Shown one piece after another: positions 54,928-64,000 of a DNA stretch of 64,000 bases (positions are counted from its first letter, which is position 1; each line of letters opens with the position of its first letter). Source of the DNA: Acidobacteriota bacterium (lineage in GTDB: Bacteria > Acidobacteriota > Aminicenantia > JBFLYD01); contig JBFLYD010000009.1 in NCBI GenBank assembly GCA_040756905.1, positions 4,854 through 68,853 on the forward strand, written 5' to 3'. Both the position numbers and the translations under genes were made by a program. The notes under the pieces are model-generated. The model had not been told where the DNA came from, made no database searches, and saw only the letters and a list, made by a program, of their open reading frames with translations.

Positions 54928-55572
54928 ATGAAAAAAGAGATTTTAAACTGGCTTAAATTTTTTCAGGAAATTGATGTGGAAAATTTAAATTTAAAAAAAA
55001 ATCTAAAGAAGGAAAAACTATGGGAGTTGGAAAAAGATGTTTTGAATTGCAAAGCATGCCCTCTTCATGAAGTAAAAATTAACTATGTTTTTGGTGAAGG
55101 AAATCCTGGTGCAGAAATTTTATTTGTTGGAGAAGCTCCTGGTGAAGATGAAGATATACAGGGAAGACCTTTTGTGGGAGAGGCTGGAAAACTATTAACG
55201 AAGATAATAGAAGGGATGAAATTCAACAGAGATGATGTTTACATTGCAAATGTTCTCAAATGCAGACCACCGAATAATAGAAATCCAAAAGCTCCAGAGA
55301 TTGAACAATGTAAAAAATATTTAATAAAGCAGATAGAGATTATAAATCCAAAAGTTATCATAGCTTTGGGAAAAATAGCGTCGAGTACACTTTCGGGAGA
55401 AAACATTTCAATTTTATCAAGAAGGGGGGAAATACTCTATTTTAAAAACATTCCATTGATTCCTACCTTTCATCCTGCATTCATTCTAAGAAATAGACAT
55501 CAGGAGAAAATGCTCAAAAAACTTGTTTGGAAAGATATAAAAACAGCTTTGAAAATAATCAACAGGGTCTAA
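54928..55572 (+). CDS. Uracil-DNA glycosylase, family 4 (Fe-S containing).
   Basis: CKACPLHE, GEGNPGAEILFVGEAPGEDEDIQGRPFVGEAGKLL and ANVLKCRPPNNRNP. Confidence 0.85.
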   Translation: MKKEILNWLKFFQEIDVENLNLKKNLKKEKLWELEKDVLNCKACPLHEVKINYVFGEGNPGAEILFVGEAPGEDEDIQGRPFVGEAGKLLTKIIEGMKFNRDDVYIANVLKCRPPNNRNPKAPEIEQCKKYLIKQIEIINPKVIIALGKIASSTLSGENISILSRRGEILYFKNIPLIPTFHPAFILRNRHQEKMLKKLVWKDIKTALKIINRV

Positions 55573-57465
55573 ATGAATAATCAACTCGTTGAAGTTGCCC
55601 TTCCTTTACCAATAATAAATAATTTCATATATAAAGTGCCTGAAGATTTAAGGGATAAAGTTTCAACAGGAAAAAGGGTGAGGGTTTCTTTTAAGAACAG
55701 GCATTATACAGGATTCATAGTGAATTCCTCACCAGAACAGACCATCTCAGGAGAAATAAAAGAAGTGGAAGAAATCATAGATGATGAGGTATTGATAACA
55801 GAGGATGTTTTTCTTATGTGTAAAAAAGTTTCAGAGTATTTTTTTTGCAGCTTAGGAGAATTGTTATCTTCGATACCTTTGTCTAATAGAAAGGCAGAGT
55901 TTAAAGACCTTTCCAGATCAGAAAATCTCGAACTTAAAAGAATTCCAGATATTTTAATAGAATTTCTTAAGGAAAAAAAACCTTTATTAATAAAGGGGTC
56001 TCGGGATGAAAGAATAAATATGTATATAGCCCTTGCAATTAATGAAGTAGAAAAAGGGAAAAATGTCTTGATCCTATTTCCTGAGGTTTCTGATCTTGAA
56101 TACTTTGAAGAAATAATTAGACCTCAAAGACTCAAGACTTCATTTATTTCCGGAAAATTAAGCAAGAGGAAAAAAGAAATTGAATGGGTTGAGATAAAAA
56201 ATGGAATGAGAACCATTATTTCAGGAACATTTCCTGTTCTTTTTTATTCTATCCCAAATTTATCTCTGATAATAATCGATGGAGAAGAGGGTCTTTCTTA
56301 CATAAAACAGAACAGTCCAAAATATAATATAAAAGAAGTTGCTTTTATTAAAGCTCAGCTTATGAACTCCTCAATTATCCTCGGCTCTGATTCACCTTCT
56401 GTGGAATCCATTTTTAAAGTAAAAAGAAAAGATTTTTCTTTCTACGAGCTTGACAATGACAGAAAGAAATCTTTAAGGGTCAAATTTTTGAGGTCTAAAA
56501 AAGTAATATCTGATGAATTAAAAAACGAAATAGATAAAAATCTTAAGCAAAAAAATAAGATGATTTTTTTTGTTAACAGGAAGGGCTTGGGAAGTTTTTT
56601 GGTCTGCAATAATTGTGGTTTCATAAAGAATTGTAAAAATTGTAATATTCCCCTTCGTTTTCATCAGGAGAATTTATTAATATGTCATTTTTGTGGATAT
56701 TCAGAAAATGTGGAGAGATTATGTCCTGGATGTAAATCAAAATTGAGAGCAGTTGGATGGTTTGGAACTGAGAGGGTCTACCATGAATTGAAATCAATTT
56801 ATCCGGAAAAGAAAATAGAAATTTTAGACCTCGAAAGATGTAGAAGTAAGAAAGCTCAGAACAAGATATGGCAAGAATTTCTTTACAATAATACAGAGAT
56901 AATGATTGGAACTCAATTAATTTTAAGTTATAAGCATTTTGATAGGATTAGAATTCCTCTATTAGTGCTCCTGAATCCTGAATCAAGTCTATCTTTTCCA
57001 GATTATAGGTTTTCAGAAAATACTTTTCATATAATTGATAAATTACTTCTTTCAGTTGAAGATGAAGGAAAGGTAATAGTCCAGAGCAGTGGACATCTTC
57101 ATTACAGTATAATTTCTCCTCTTTCATTCAACAATGATTTATTTTATAAAGAAGAGTTATTATATAGAGAAATTATGCAGTATCCTCCCTTTTTCTCAAT
57201 TGTCAAATTATTAATTCCAGGAAGGAAAAGGAGAAGTATTGGCACAAAAGCCAGAAAAATATTGGAAACAATAAAAATACATGAAAATGGGTTTAAAGTT
57301 TATGGTCCAAATTTCGCTCCGATTTCCAAATTAAAAGGATTATGGAGGGTTCAGCTGATTTTAAAAGGAGATATAACTGAGATAAGGAAATTTCTCAGAG
57401 AGAACATCGATGTATTCTTAAAGGAAAAAATCAACATCGAGATAAATCCTCTCTCCACTCTCTGA
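55573..57465 (+). CDS. priA: Primosomal protein N' (PriA) homologue with degenerate ATPase/helicase motifs.
   Basis: Collinear with PriA. N-terminal 3' DNA-binding-like region and an intact Cys-rich zinc motif (CNNCGFIKNCKNCNIP...CHFCGY...CPGCKS). Walker A GVTGSGKT is replaced by IKGSRDER, DEEH by DGEE, SAT by SDS, and QxxGRAGR by QSSGHLH. Confidence 0.7.
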   Translation: MNNQLVEVALPLPIINNFIYKVPEDLRDKVSTGKRVRVSFKNRHYTGFIVNSSPEQTISGEIKEVEEIIDDEVLITEDVFLMCKKVSEYFFCSLGELLSSIPLSNRKAEFKDLSRSENLELKRIPDILIEFLKEKKPLLIKGSRDERINMYIALAINEVEKGKNVLILFPEVSDLEYFEEIIRPQRLKTSFISGKLSKRKKEIEWVEIKNGMRTIISGTFPVLFYSIPNLSLIIIDGEEGLSYIKQNSPKYNIKEVAFIKAQLMNSSIILGSDSPSVESIFKVKRKDFSFYELDNDRKKSLRVKFLRSKKVISDELKNEIDKNLKQKNKMIFFVNRKGLGSFLVCNNCGFIKNCKNCNIPLRFHQENLLICHFCGYSENVERLCPGCKSKLRAVGWFGTERVYHELKSIYPEKKIEILDLERCRSKKAQNKIWQEFLYNNTEIMIGTQLILSYKHFDRIRIPLLVLLNPESSLSFPDYRFSENTFHIIDKLLLSVEDEGKVIVQSSGHLHYSIISPLSFNNDLFYKEELLYREIMQYPPFFSIVKLLIPGRKRRSIGTKARKILETIKIHENGFKVYGPNFAPISKLKGLWRVQLILKGDITEIRKFLRENIDVFLKEKINIEINPLSTL

Positions 57466-57494
57466 TACACTTTTTTCAGATAAAATTTTTAAAT

Positions 57495-58565
57495 TTAGGT
57501 TTTAGATAATTTTATTTGTATTTCCTCTGATATTTTTTTCCATACCTCTAAATCTACGGATAAGAAAGCTTCAATAATTTTAGGGTCAAATTGAGTTCCG
57601 GAGTTTTTCTTAATTTCCTCTCTGGCATATTCAAAAGAGTAAGCCTTTCTGTAGGGCCTATCCGAAGTTAATGCATCTAAAGCATCGGCTACAGCAAAAA
57701 TTCTCGCCCCTAAGGGAATTTCATCGTTTTTCTTTCCATAAGGATACCCTGTTCCATCATAATTTTCATGATGGTAAAGAACTATGATCGAAGCGGGTTG
57801 AAGGAATTTAACTTTCCTCATCATGTTATAACCAATCTCTGAGTGTGTTTTCATTGTTTCCCATTCTTCCGGGGATAACTTCTCTGGCTTTCTGAGGATA
57901 TAATCTGGAATCGCAATCTTACCAATGTCGTGCAATAAAGCTGCTCTTCGAAGAGTGATAAGTTCATCTTTATCTTCAATACCATAAGATTCAGCTATTT
58001 TTATTGCATATTCAGTTACTCTATTGGAATGACCATGGGTCTCAGTATCTCTGAAATCAAGAGCAAGTATCAAGGAATTTAAAGTTTCATTGTATGTCTC
58101 GTTTAGTTCCTCTAACGCTTTTTTTAATTCATTTGTTCTCTCCTCAACCATCTCCTCCAGATGTTTCTGGTATCTTAGATTCTCCAGAACAAGCCTTCTT
58201 TTTTCAAGACCTCTTTTTACATTTATTACAACTTCTGAGAGTTTAAATGGTTTTATCACGTAATCATAAGCACCAAGAGTCATTGCATCTATAGCAATGT
58301 TGATATCTTTAAGAGCTGACATCATAATAATTCCCATGTGAGGGTCAATCTCCTTTAGCTCTTTGAGCAGTTCAAGGCCGCTTTTGCCTGGCATTCTTAT
58401 ATCAGTAATTAGTAAAGAAAAATTATTTTCTCCCTTAAAAATTTTTAGAGCCTCTTCAGCATTAGATGCTGTAACACATTCATAACCTTGGCCTTCAAGA
58501 AATTCTAAAAGTAACTCTCTTATTGTTTCTTCATCATCAACTATCAAGATTTTTTCTTTCTCCAT
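57495..58565 (-). CDS. Response-regulator receiver plus HD-GYP domain protein (RpfG-like c-di-GMP phosphodiesterase).
   Basis: Receiver ILIVDDEETIRELL...D(54-like)IRMPGKSGLEL. HD-GYP HDIGKIAIPD...HHENYDGTGYP. Confidence 0.85.
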   Translation of the reverse strand: MEKEKILIVDDEETIRELLLEFLEGQGYECVTASNAEEALKIFKGENNFSLLITDIRMPGKSGLELLKELKEIDPHMGIIMMSALKDINIAIDAMTLGAYDYVIKPFKLSEVVINVKRGLEKRRLVLENLRYQKHLEEMVEERTNELKKALEELNETYNETLNSLILALDFRDTETHGHSNRVTEYAIKIAESYGIEDKDELITLRRAALLHDIGKIAIPDYILRKPEKLSPEEWETMKTHSEIGYNMMRKVKFLQPASIIVLYHHENYDGTGYPYGKKNDEIPLGARIFAVADALDALTSDRPYRKAYSFEYAREEIKKNSGTQFDPKIIEAFLSVDLEVWKKISEEIQIKLSKT

Positions 58566-58651
58566 AGGACAGATATTATATTTATTTTATTTTTATTTGT
58601 AAATTAATATGATTATCATTAGTGTTTATTATACTTATACCAATAATTAAT

Positions 58652-58724
58652 ATGTAGGGCAAGCCTTTAGGCTTGCTTATTTTGCAGGGCTAAAGCCCTG
58701 CCCTACATGAGTTTATTTATTGCC
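58652..58724 (+). repeat. Repeat family R2, short copy (about 73 bp).
   Basis: atgtagggcaagcctttaggcttgc...gcagggctaaagccctgccctacatga, a nested palindrome. Confidence 0.55.
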
Positions 58725-58756
58725 ATTAGTATAATAAAAAAGATAAACGTTATAAT

Positions 58757-59440
58757 TCAATTGGTTAATATATTCAAAATTTCAAAAGGGGTGTTAAAAA
58801 GATAATCAGGGTTTGCTTCCATTAATTTTTTCTTGCTCATAGTTCCCCATAAGGCTCCTCCTGTCACGACTCCTGCTAATCTTCCTGATGTAATGTCTAA
58901 AAAAGAATCTCCAACATGAAGCACATTTGAGGGAGAAATTTGAAGTTCTTTACATAATTTCAAAACTCCCTCAGGGCTTGGTTTTGGATTTTTTAAATCT
59001 TCACTTGAAACAAGAGAATCTATGTGTTCAGCTAATCCCTTCTCTTTGATTAAAAATAAGGAAAGCTCCCTTCCCCTTCCTGTAAATATTCCAATTTTCT
59101 TGTTTCTCCTCTTTATTTCAATGATTGTATCTGGGAATCCATCATATAAGTTTATTTCATCCAATCTATCCATAAACATTTTGAGATATTCATTGAAGCA
59201 TTTTTCTAAATCATCTTTTCTTACAAAATCTGAAAATATTTTCTTCTCAGAAGGTCCGAGGAGAAGATATATTTCATCGGGAGTGAAATCCCGCTTTCCC
59301 CATTTCTTTAAAACTTTTATAAAGGCATCTATCGTCACAGGGTAAGAATCAATTATGGTTCCATCGAGGTCAAATATAATTCCTTCAAATTTCATAGAGA
59401 AATATTTATTAAATATATAGTGCTCCTCATATAAAAACAA
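58757..59440 (-). CDS. HAD-superfamily hydrolase (subfamily IA, phosphatase-like).
   Basis: Motif I IIFDLDGTIIDS, motif II-like FTGRGRE, and a VGDS...D C-terminal motif. Confidence 0.75.
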   Translation of the reverse strand: MFLYEEHYIFNKYFSMKFEGIIFDLDGTIIDSYPVTIDAFIKVLKKWGKRDFTPDEIYLLLGPSEKKIFSDFVRKDDLEKCFNEYLKMFMDRLDEINLYDGFPDTIIEIKRRNKKIGIFTGRGRELSLFLIKEKGLAEHIDSLVSSEDLKNPKPSPEGVLKLCKELQISPSNVLHVGDSFLDITSGRLAGVVTGGALWGTMSKKKLMEANPDYLFNTPFEILNILTN

Positions 59441-59446
59441 TAAATA

Positions 59447-59533
59447 ATTTGTAGGGCAACCCTTTAGGGTTGCTTAATGCAAGGCTAAAGCCATGCCCTA
59501 CATGTCAACTTATTTAATTCGTTTGTATTAAAT
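59447..59533 (+). repeat. Repeat family R2, short copy (about 87 bp).
   Basis: acaataaataatttgtagggcaaccctttagggttgcttaatgcaaggctaaagccatgccctacatgtcaacttatttaattcgtttgtatta matches R2 at 42879-43028 with the central segment deleted. Confidence 0.6.
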
Positions 59534-59536
59534 AAT

Positions 59537-60376
59537 TTAATATCCAAATCCGAACAATATAACTCCTATGAGGAGTCCTATAATTATATTAAAAAATTTA
59601 ATATAAAAGAAATCTTTTATTGAATACGATAACATCGGAAGCATGCCATGACCATCCTGCGCAAAAGCACTTACAAAGAGAACTGAGAAAGGTATCATTC
59701 CCTTTGAGAACATCATAACAAATATTAAATGGGGTCCAGATTCAGGTAGTATTGCAAGAGCTGCAGCAAATAGAAATACAAGTAATAGATTATTTTTTAC
59801 AAATGTCTCAAGATTCCAGAATTTCATAAGAAACTCAATCGACAGAAGAGTTAAGAATGTCCAGATAAATAATTTCCACAGATGCTTTTTTAACAGATGG
59901 TCCCAAACGTGGACTTTTAGATAATGAGAAAAAGAAAAATCCTCAGCATGATATTCTTGAAGAACACATTCAGTGCAGGGCTTTATCTTAAATAGGGGGT
60001 AGATATAATCTATGAGAATTCCAAAGATAATCCCAGAAATAAATAAAAGTAGAAATAAAAAAAGAGCTTTTTTGGGAAATAATGAAATCATTACAAATGC
60101 TTCATCTCCTGATGAGGCAATCATTCCTCCAGTAATCGCTCCAAAACTTATAAGTCTGTGTATATAAAGGGAAACATTCGTAAATCCACCAAAACATCCA
60201 GGTATAGTTCCCAGAAAAGAGGCTGTAACATATTGCATGTATTTTTTATTTTTTAAAAATTCATCAAGCTTTCCTTTCGTAAACACTGAAACAACATCTA
60301 TGGTAATCATCGTCAATAAAACCAGGAATGTGATCTCCAGTGTTTCTTTAATTACTTCAGGGAAAAGTTCACTCAT
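59537..60376 (-). CDS. Polytopic membrane protein, function unknown (possible small-molecule transporter).
   Basis: 279 aa with eight predicted TM helices; the roughly 40-aa central loop carries a CxxC pair (CTEC). Confidence 0.5.
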   Translation of the reverse strand: MSELFPEVIKETLEITFLVLLTMITIDVVSVFTKGKLDEFLKNKKYMQYVTASFLGTIPGCFGGFTNVSLYIHRLISFGAITGGMIASSGDEAFVMISLFPKKALFLFLLLFISGIIFGILIDYIYPLFKIKPCTECVLQEYHAEDFSFSHYLKVHVWDHLLKKHLWKLFIWTFLTLLSIEFLMKFWNLETFVKNNLLLVFLFAAALAILPESGPHLIFVMMFSKGMIPFSVLFVSAFAQDGHGMLPMLSYSIKDFFYIKFFNIIIGLLIGVILFGFGY

Positions 60377-61347
60377 CTCCCTGACCTCACATAATTTGCA
60401 ATCGTCTCATGGGTTGCAAACCATACATTTTGAAAAGAGATTATATACTGAATAAGTTTCTCAAGCATTAAAATCCTTGACCTGTGTCCGATTATTTGAG
60501 GATGCATGGTTAGAACAAAAGTGATTCCTTCATCATATGCCTTTGCAAATTCTCCTTTCCAAATTGAAAGAACATCATCAGGGGTAGAATGGGGTCTTAT
60601 AGGGGAGAATCTGTCCATTCCAAAATAGGGATAATCATCCAGAATCCATTCAACAGGAATCTCTACTATTCCAGAAGACTTCCCTTCATAAAGAATCTCA
60701 TAGGGCTTGTCATCAGCCATTAAACTGCTGTCATAGATCAATCCCAATTCCATTATTATTTTAAGTGTTGATGGGCTGAAATCCCATGAAGGAGTTCTTA
60801 TACCAGAAGGAGCTTTTCCAGTTATTTCCTTCAAGGTTTCATAAGCTTTTTTCATCACTTCTCTTTCATCTTCCTCGGATAGTAAGGAATTTCTTTCATG
60901 AATCCATCCATGCATTCCAATCTCATGCCTTTTTTTATTCATTATAGCTTTTATTTCCGTCGGATGTAGTTTTGCACTTATGGCAGGTATAAAAAAAGAT
61001 ACAGGAATTCCGTATTTATCCAAGAGATTAAGAATTCGATAAATCCCTGTTCTTGCTCCATATTCTCCCTGGGAAAGAAGAGAGGGAGAGGTTCTATTAT
61101 CCCTTAAAGCTATTGTTTCAGTGTCAAAATCAAAAGATAATGCCACAGCTACTTTAGCTCCATTCGGCCAGTATTTCGGGTTTAAATCCTTGCCGGCTCT
61201 TACTTTGTTGACTATATTCTGAACTTTATCGAATGGAAATTTCCATGGAATTTCCTCCTGTTGAGCTGAAACTTTAATAAAAGCAAAGAAGATTATAAAA
61301 ATAATACTCAGAATTAAGAGAAAATTTTTTAAAGTTAAATATTTCAT
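60373..61347 (-). CDS. Secreted polysaccharide deacetylase (NodB-homology domain).
   Basis: Signal peptide. VALSFDFDTET...FFIPA...HEIGMHGWIHE (the TFDDG-like and H-x-H motif regions of PF01522). Confidence 0.8.
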   Translation of the reverse strand: MKYLTLKNFLLILSIIFIIFFAFIKVSAQQEEIPWKFPFDKVQNIVNKVRAGKDLNPKYWPNGAKVAVALSFDFDTETIALRDNRTSPSLLSQGEYGARTGIYRILNLLDKYGIPVSFFIPAISAKLHPTEIKAIMNKKRHEIGMHGWIHERNSLLSEEDEREVMKKAYETLKEITGKAPSGIRTPSWDFSPSTLKIIMELGLIYDSSLMADDKPYEILYEGKSSGIVEIPVEWILDDYPYFGMDRFSPIRPHSTPDDVLSIWKGEFAKAYDEGITFVLTMHPQIIGHRSRILMLEKLIQYIISFQNVWFATHETIANYVRSGR

Positions 61348-61556
61348 TTATTCCTCCAGATTAATTAGATTTTAAGATTGGATTTTATATAAGATTTGTA
61401 AACGATGCAACAAATGGTTGGTTTTTATATTTTTCAAAAAGATTTAGTTTAATTTTGATGAGAAAAATTAGATAAAATTATTTTTATATATTGTATAATT
61501 TTTAAAGTTTAATTAAATTATCCAATATATGGAATTAATAGCAATGCGAGGAAAGG

Positions 61557-62906
61557 ATGATTAGAAAAGTTAAAAATAAAATAATTTTTACAAGTGCTTT
61601 GATATTCATAGTAAGTATTTGTATTTTAGTTTTAGTCGCATTTGCAAGCAAGAATATAAAAAACGTGGTTGTTTCAGAGAAACAAAAAAGAGTAAAACCT
61701 GGAGTGGAAGTTTTTCTTGAGAACAATTTAGCTCTTGTTAAAGGTAAAAAAGTGGGGTTGATAACAAATCCAACTGGAGTGGATAGTAATTTACAAAGTA
61801 TAATTGAGCTTTTTTACAATAACCCAGAAATTAATCTTGTGGCTTTGTATGGCCCTGAGCACGGAGTAAGAGGAAATGCCCAGGCTGGAGAATATGTTCC
61901 TTTTTACATGGATGAAAAATATAAACTCCCTGTATTCAGCCTTTACGGACAATCCATGAAACCTGAGCCAGGAATGCTAAAAAATATAGATGAATACATG
62001 CGCTCGTTCGATACCACAAAGACAGGGAAGATTCCTGAAAGTTCAATGGTTAAAAGAATAGATGTGATGATTTTTGACATTCAGGATGTAGGTACGAGAG
62101 TTTATACATACATTGCAACGATGGCTTATTGCATGCAGGCCTGCGCTGAAAATGGGATTGATTTTATAGTTTTAGATAGACCAAATCCTATAAATGGGTT
62201 AAATATTGAAGGCCCAATACTGGAGTATCCAGAATTTAGTTCTTTTGTGGGTCTTTATCCGATACCTGTAAGACATGGAATGACTGTCGGAGAATTGGCA
62301 AAATTTTTCAACGATAAATTTTTTGAAAAAAAGGTAAATTTAACGGTTATTCCAATGAAAGGATGGAGAAGGGAGATGTGGTATGATGATACATCTCTTC
62401 CCTGGGTGATTCCATCCCCAAACATGCCCACACTTGATACAGCAACTGTCTACCCTGGTCAGGTTTTCTTGGAAGGTACAAACATATCTGAAGGTAGAGG
62501 AACAACAAAGCCCTTTGAAATTTTTGGTGCTCCATGGATTGATGGATATGAGCTAATTAAAAAACTCAATGAGCTAAATCTTTCAGGAATAAAGTTCAGG
62601 GAAGCTTGGTTTAAACCTACATTTTCAAAGTATCAAGGAGAATTATGCGGAGGAGCACAGATATATGTAACTGACAGAAATCAATATAAACCGTTTGAAT
62701 CCACACTTTACATAATAAAAACAATAATGGATATGTATCCGAATAATTTCAGATTCCATAAGGACTACTTTGATAAAATAATGGGAAACCCAAAGATAGG
62801 AGAAGCTCTTGAAAAAGGTATTGATGTAAAAGAGATGATAAAAAGTTATAAAAAAGATTTAGATAATTTTTATAAGCTGAGGGAATCTTATTTACTGTAT
62901 GAATGA
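61557..62906 (+). CDS. DUF1343 domain protein (NamZ/YbbC-like exo-beta-N-acetylmuramidase family).
   Basis: N-terminal TM, then GLITNPTGVDSNLQSIIELF...LVALYGPEHGVRG, typical of DUF1343. Confidence 0.7.
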   Translation: MIRKVKNKIIFTSALIFIVSICILVLVAFASKNIKNVVVSEKQKRVKPGVEVFLENNLALVKGKKVGLITNPTGVDSNLQSIIELFYNNPEINLVALYGPEHGVRGNAQAGEYVPFYMDEKYKLPVFSLYGQSMKPEPGMLKNIDEYMRSFDTTKTGKIPESSMVKRIDVMIFDIQDVGTRVYTYIATMAYCMQACAENGIDFIVLDRPNPINGLNIEGPILEYPEFSSFVGLYPIPVRHGMTVGELAKFFNDKFFEKKVNLTVIPMKGWRREMWYDDTSLPWVIPSPNMPTLDTATVYPGQVFLEGTNISEGRGTTKPFEIFGAPWIDGYELIKKLNELNLSGIKFREAWFKPTFSKYQGELCGGAQIYVTDRNQYKPFESTLYIIKTIMDMYPNNFRFHKDYFDKIMGNPKIGEALEKGIDVKEMIKSYKKDLDNFYKLRESYLLYE

Positions 62907-63071
62907 GGTGAAAAATTGTTAAAAAATAAATCCATAAGATTTAGCTTTATAACTTTTCTTATTTTTTTATCGATTTTAGTGGGTTATTTCATGAATATCT
63001 TCCCAGCCAATCAACTTTTTCTAAATCCTATTATCTTGTCAAAATTTTATTTTAAGAGGAGTTTTAGGGAT

Positions 63072-64000
63072 ATGGCACTAACGTCTTCAAAAGGGAAGGA
63101 GAGCTATATTTTAAAATTGCTTAGAATAAAACCTTCAGAACAATCTTTAGACTATGTTAAAAATAAAAAGGAATTTCATCTCCATAACCTCATTACAGAA
63201 CAGAGGCATCCTAAAACCTGGAGTTTAAGCTTTAGGATAAAATCCGATACCTCAGCTGGGCTGGAAATGCTTTTCTCTGTGGATAAAGATATATCTGCGA
63301 AGATCCTTGAGCTTTCTGAAAACAGTGAGAAAATTGAGCAAGCAGTTGAAGCTGTAGAAAAAGCAATTATTGAAAAAAGAAAAATATATATTTATGGATG
63401 TGGAGCAACAGGAAGGTTAGCCAAGCAAATGGAGAGTACTTTCTGGAGGCCATTCTGGAGAAAACTTAAATCAAGCCCTCTATGGGAAAAAATAAAAATT
63501 CATTTGGCTGAGGGTGTTGAAGAGCAGCTTATAGGTGAGATGACAGGGGGGGACAGGGCATTGATTAGCTCTTTAGAGGGATTTGAAGATTTACAATTGA
63601 TAGGATATCTTCAGTTAAAAGACAGGGGTATTGAGAAAGGAGATGTTGTTTTCTGTGTAACAGAAGGAGGGGAAACTTCCTCTGTGATAGGTACAATACT
63701 TGCTGCCCTCAATCAGTATGGAAAATTGGATAAAGAGAAAATAGAAGTTGCGAGAAAAAATCTTTATTTTATTTACAATAACCCTGATGAAGTTTTGATT
63801 CCTTTTGAAAGAAGCAGGGCTGTGATTGAAAATCCGGCCATAACAAAGATAAATTTAGCTACAGGACATCAGGCAATTACCGGCTCCACCCGAATGCAGG
63901 CAACTACCATCGAGACTTTTGTAATGGGTATTATACTGGAAGAGGCTATCTATCTCGTATTACAAAGATTTCTGACTGAATCAGAGATGTTTCAGCTCGG
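63072..64000 (+). CDS. murQ: N-acetylmuramic acid 6-phosphate etherase MurQ (SIS domain). Partial: the 3' end runs off the window.
   Basis: AGGAG RBS 10 nt upstream of the ATG at 63072 (an in-frame alternative ATG lies at 62991). LITEQRHPKTWSL, ATGHQAITGSTRMQATT (the GSTRMK SIS motif) and IYIYGCGATGRLA. Not in the ORF track because no stop falls within the window. Confidence 0.8.
   Translation, partial: MALTSSKGKESYILKLLRIKPSEQSLDYVKNKKEFHLHNLITEQRHPKTWSLSFRIKSDTSAGLEMLFSVDKDISAKILELSENSEKIEQAVEAVEKAIIEKRKIYIYGCGATGRLAKQMESTFWRPFWRKLKSSPLWEKIKIHLAEGVEEQLIGEMTGGDRALISSLEGFEDLQLIGYLQLKDRGIEKGDVVFCVTEGGETSSVIGTILAALNQYGKLDKEKIEVARKNLYFIYNNPDEVLIPFERSRAVIENPAITKINLATGHQAITGSTRMQATTIETFVMGIILEEAIYLVLQRFLTESEMFQL

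Noticed and set aside
62917-63071. Alternative upstream start (ATG 62991) for murQ giving a hydrophobic 27-aa extension.
   Set aside because: The downstream ATG at 63072 has a canonical AGGAG RBS at 10-nt spacing, and the MurQ N-terminal conservation (LITEQRHP) begins shortly after it. The extension is probably not translated, though it is not excluded.

Overview
This is an AT-rich window (about one-third GC by eye) that looks like chromosomal DNA from a diderm bacterium: LptD, LptB, MsbA and type II-secretion-like pseudopilins are present. Many proteins have only family-level resemblance to characterised ones, which fits an uncultivated lineage. Gene density is high and there are several long operons with 1-14 nt overlaps. 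The features I could recognise are as follows. (i) A partial 4Fe-4S subunit of a molybdopterin-type oxidoreductase, a membrane protein and SppA. (ii) ubiE/menG. (iii) A roughly 4.7 kb accessory-looking stretch next to tRNA-Ala(GGC), carrying a DNA methyltransferase cassette, a 4-Cys zinc-ribbon ORF, a 184-aa ORF and an HEPN-like ORF. (iv) pyrK-pyrD-pyrF. (v) A roughly 9.8 kb minus-strand operon running LptD, RmlA, RmlC, RmlB, two Gmd/Rmd-like SDRs, a third SDR, a polyprenol-kinase/DUF92 fusion and a UbiA prenyltransferase. (vi) A minor-pseudopilin cluster, a GAF-HD-GYP protein, a B12-binding radical SAM enzyme, an isocitrate dehydrogenase family enzyme, a GWxTD protein, YjbQ and a Sad/YneI-type succinate-semialdehyde dehydrogenase. 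(vii) Three tandem secreted amidohydrolase paralogues. (viii) folD, lptB, and an operon of HlyD adaptor, ABC ATPase and Yip1-like membrane protein. (ix) A phospholipid/housekeeping operon psd-pssA-(Asd-like)-msbA-yicC-gmk-coaBC, a family-4 UDG and a PriA homologue whose ATPase motifs are degenerate. (x) A peptidoglycan-recycling group of polysaccharide deacetylase, NamZ-like DUF1343 protein and MurQ. Two dispersed intergenic repeat families with terminal inverted repeats (MITE-like) occur in several copies. The most interesting candidates are the tRNA-adjacent methyltransferase/HEPN island and the operon that couples nucleotide-sugar genes to a polyprenol-kinase fusion and a UbiA-family transferase. 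All assignments rest on reading motifs in the ORF translations by eye; no database search was possible.
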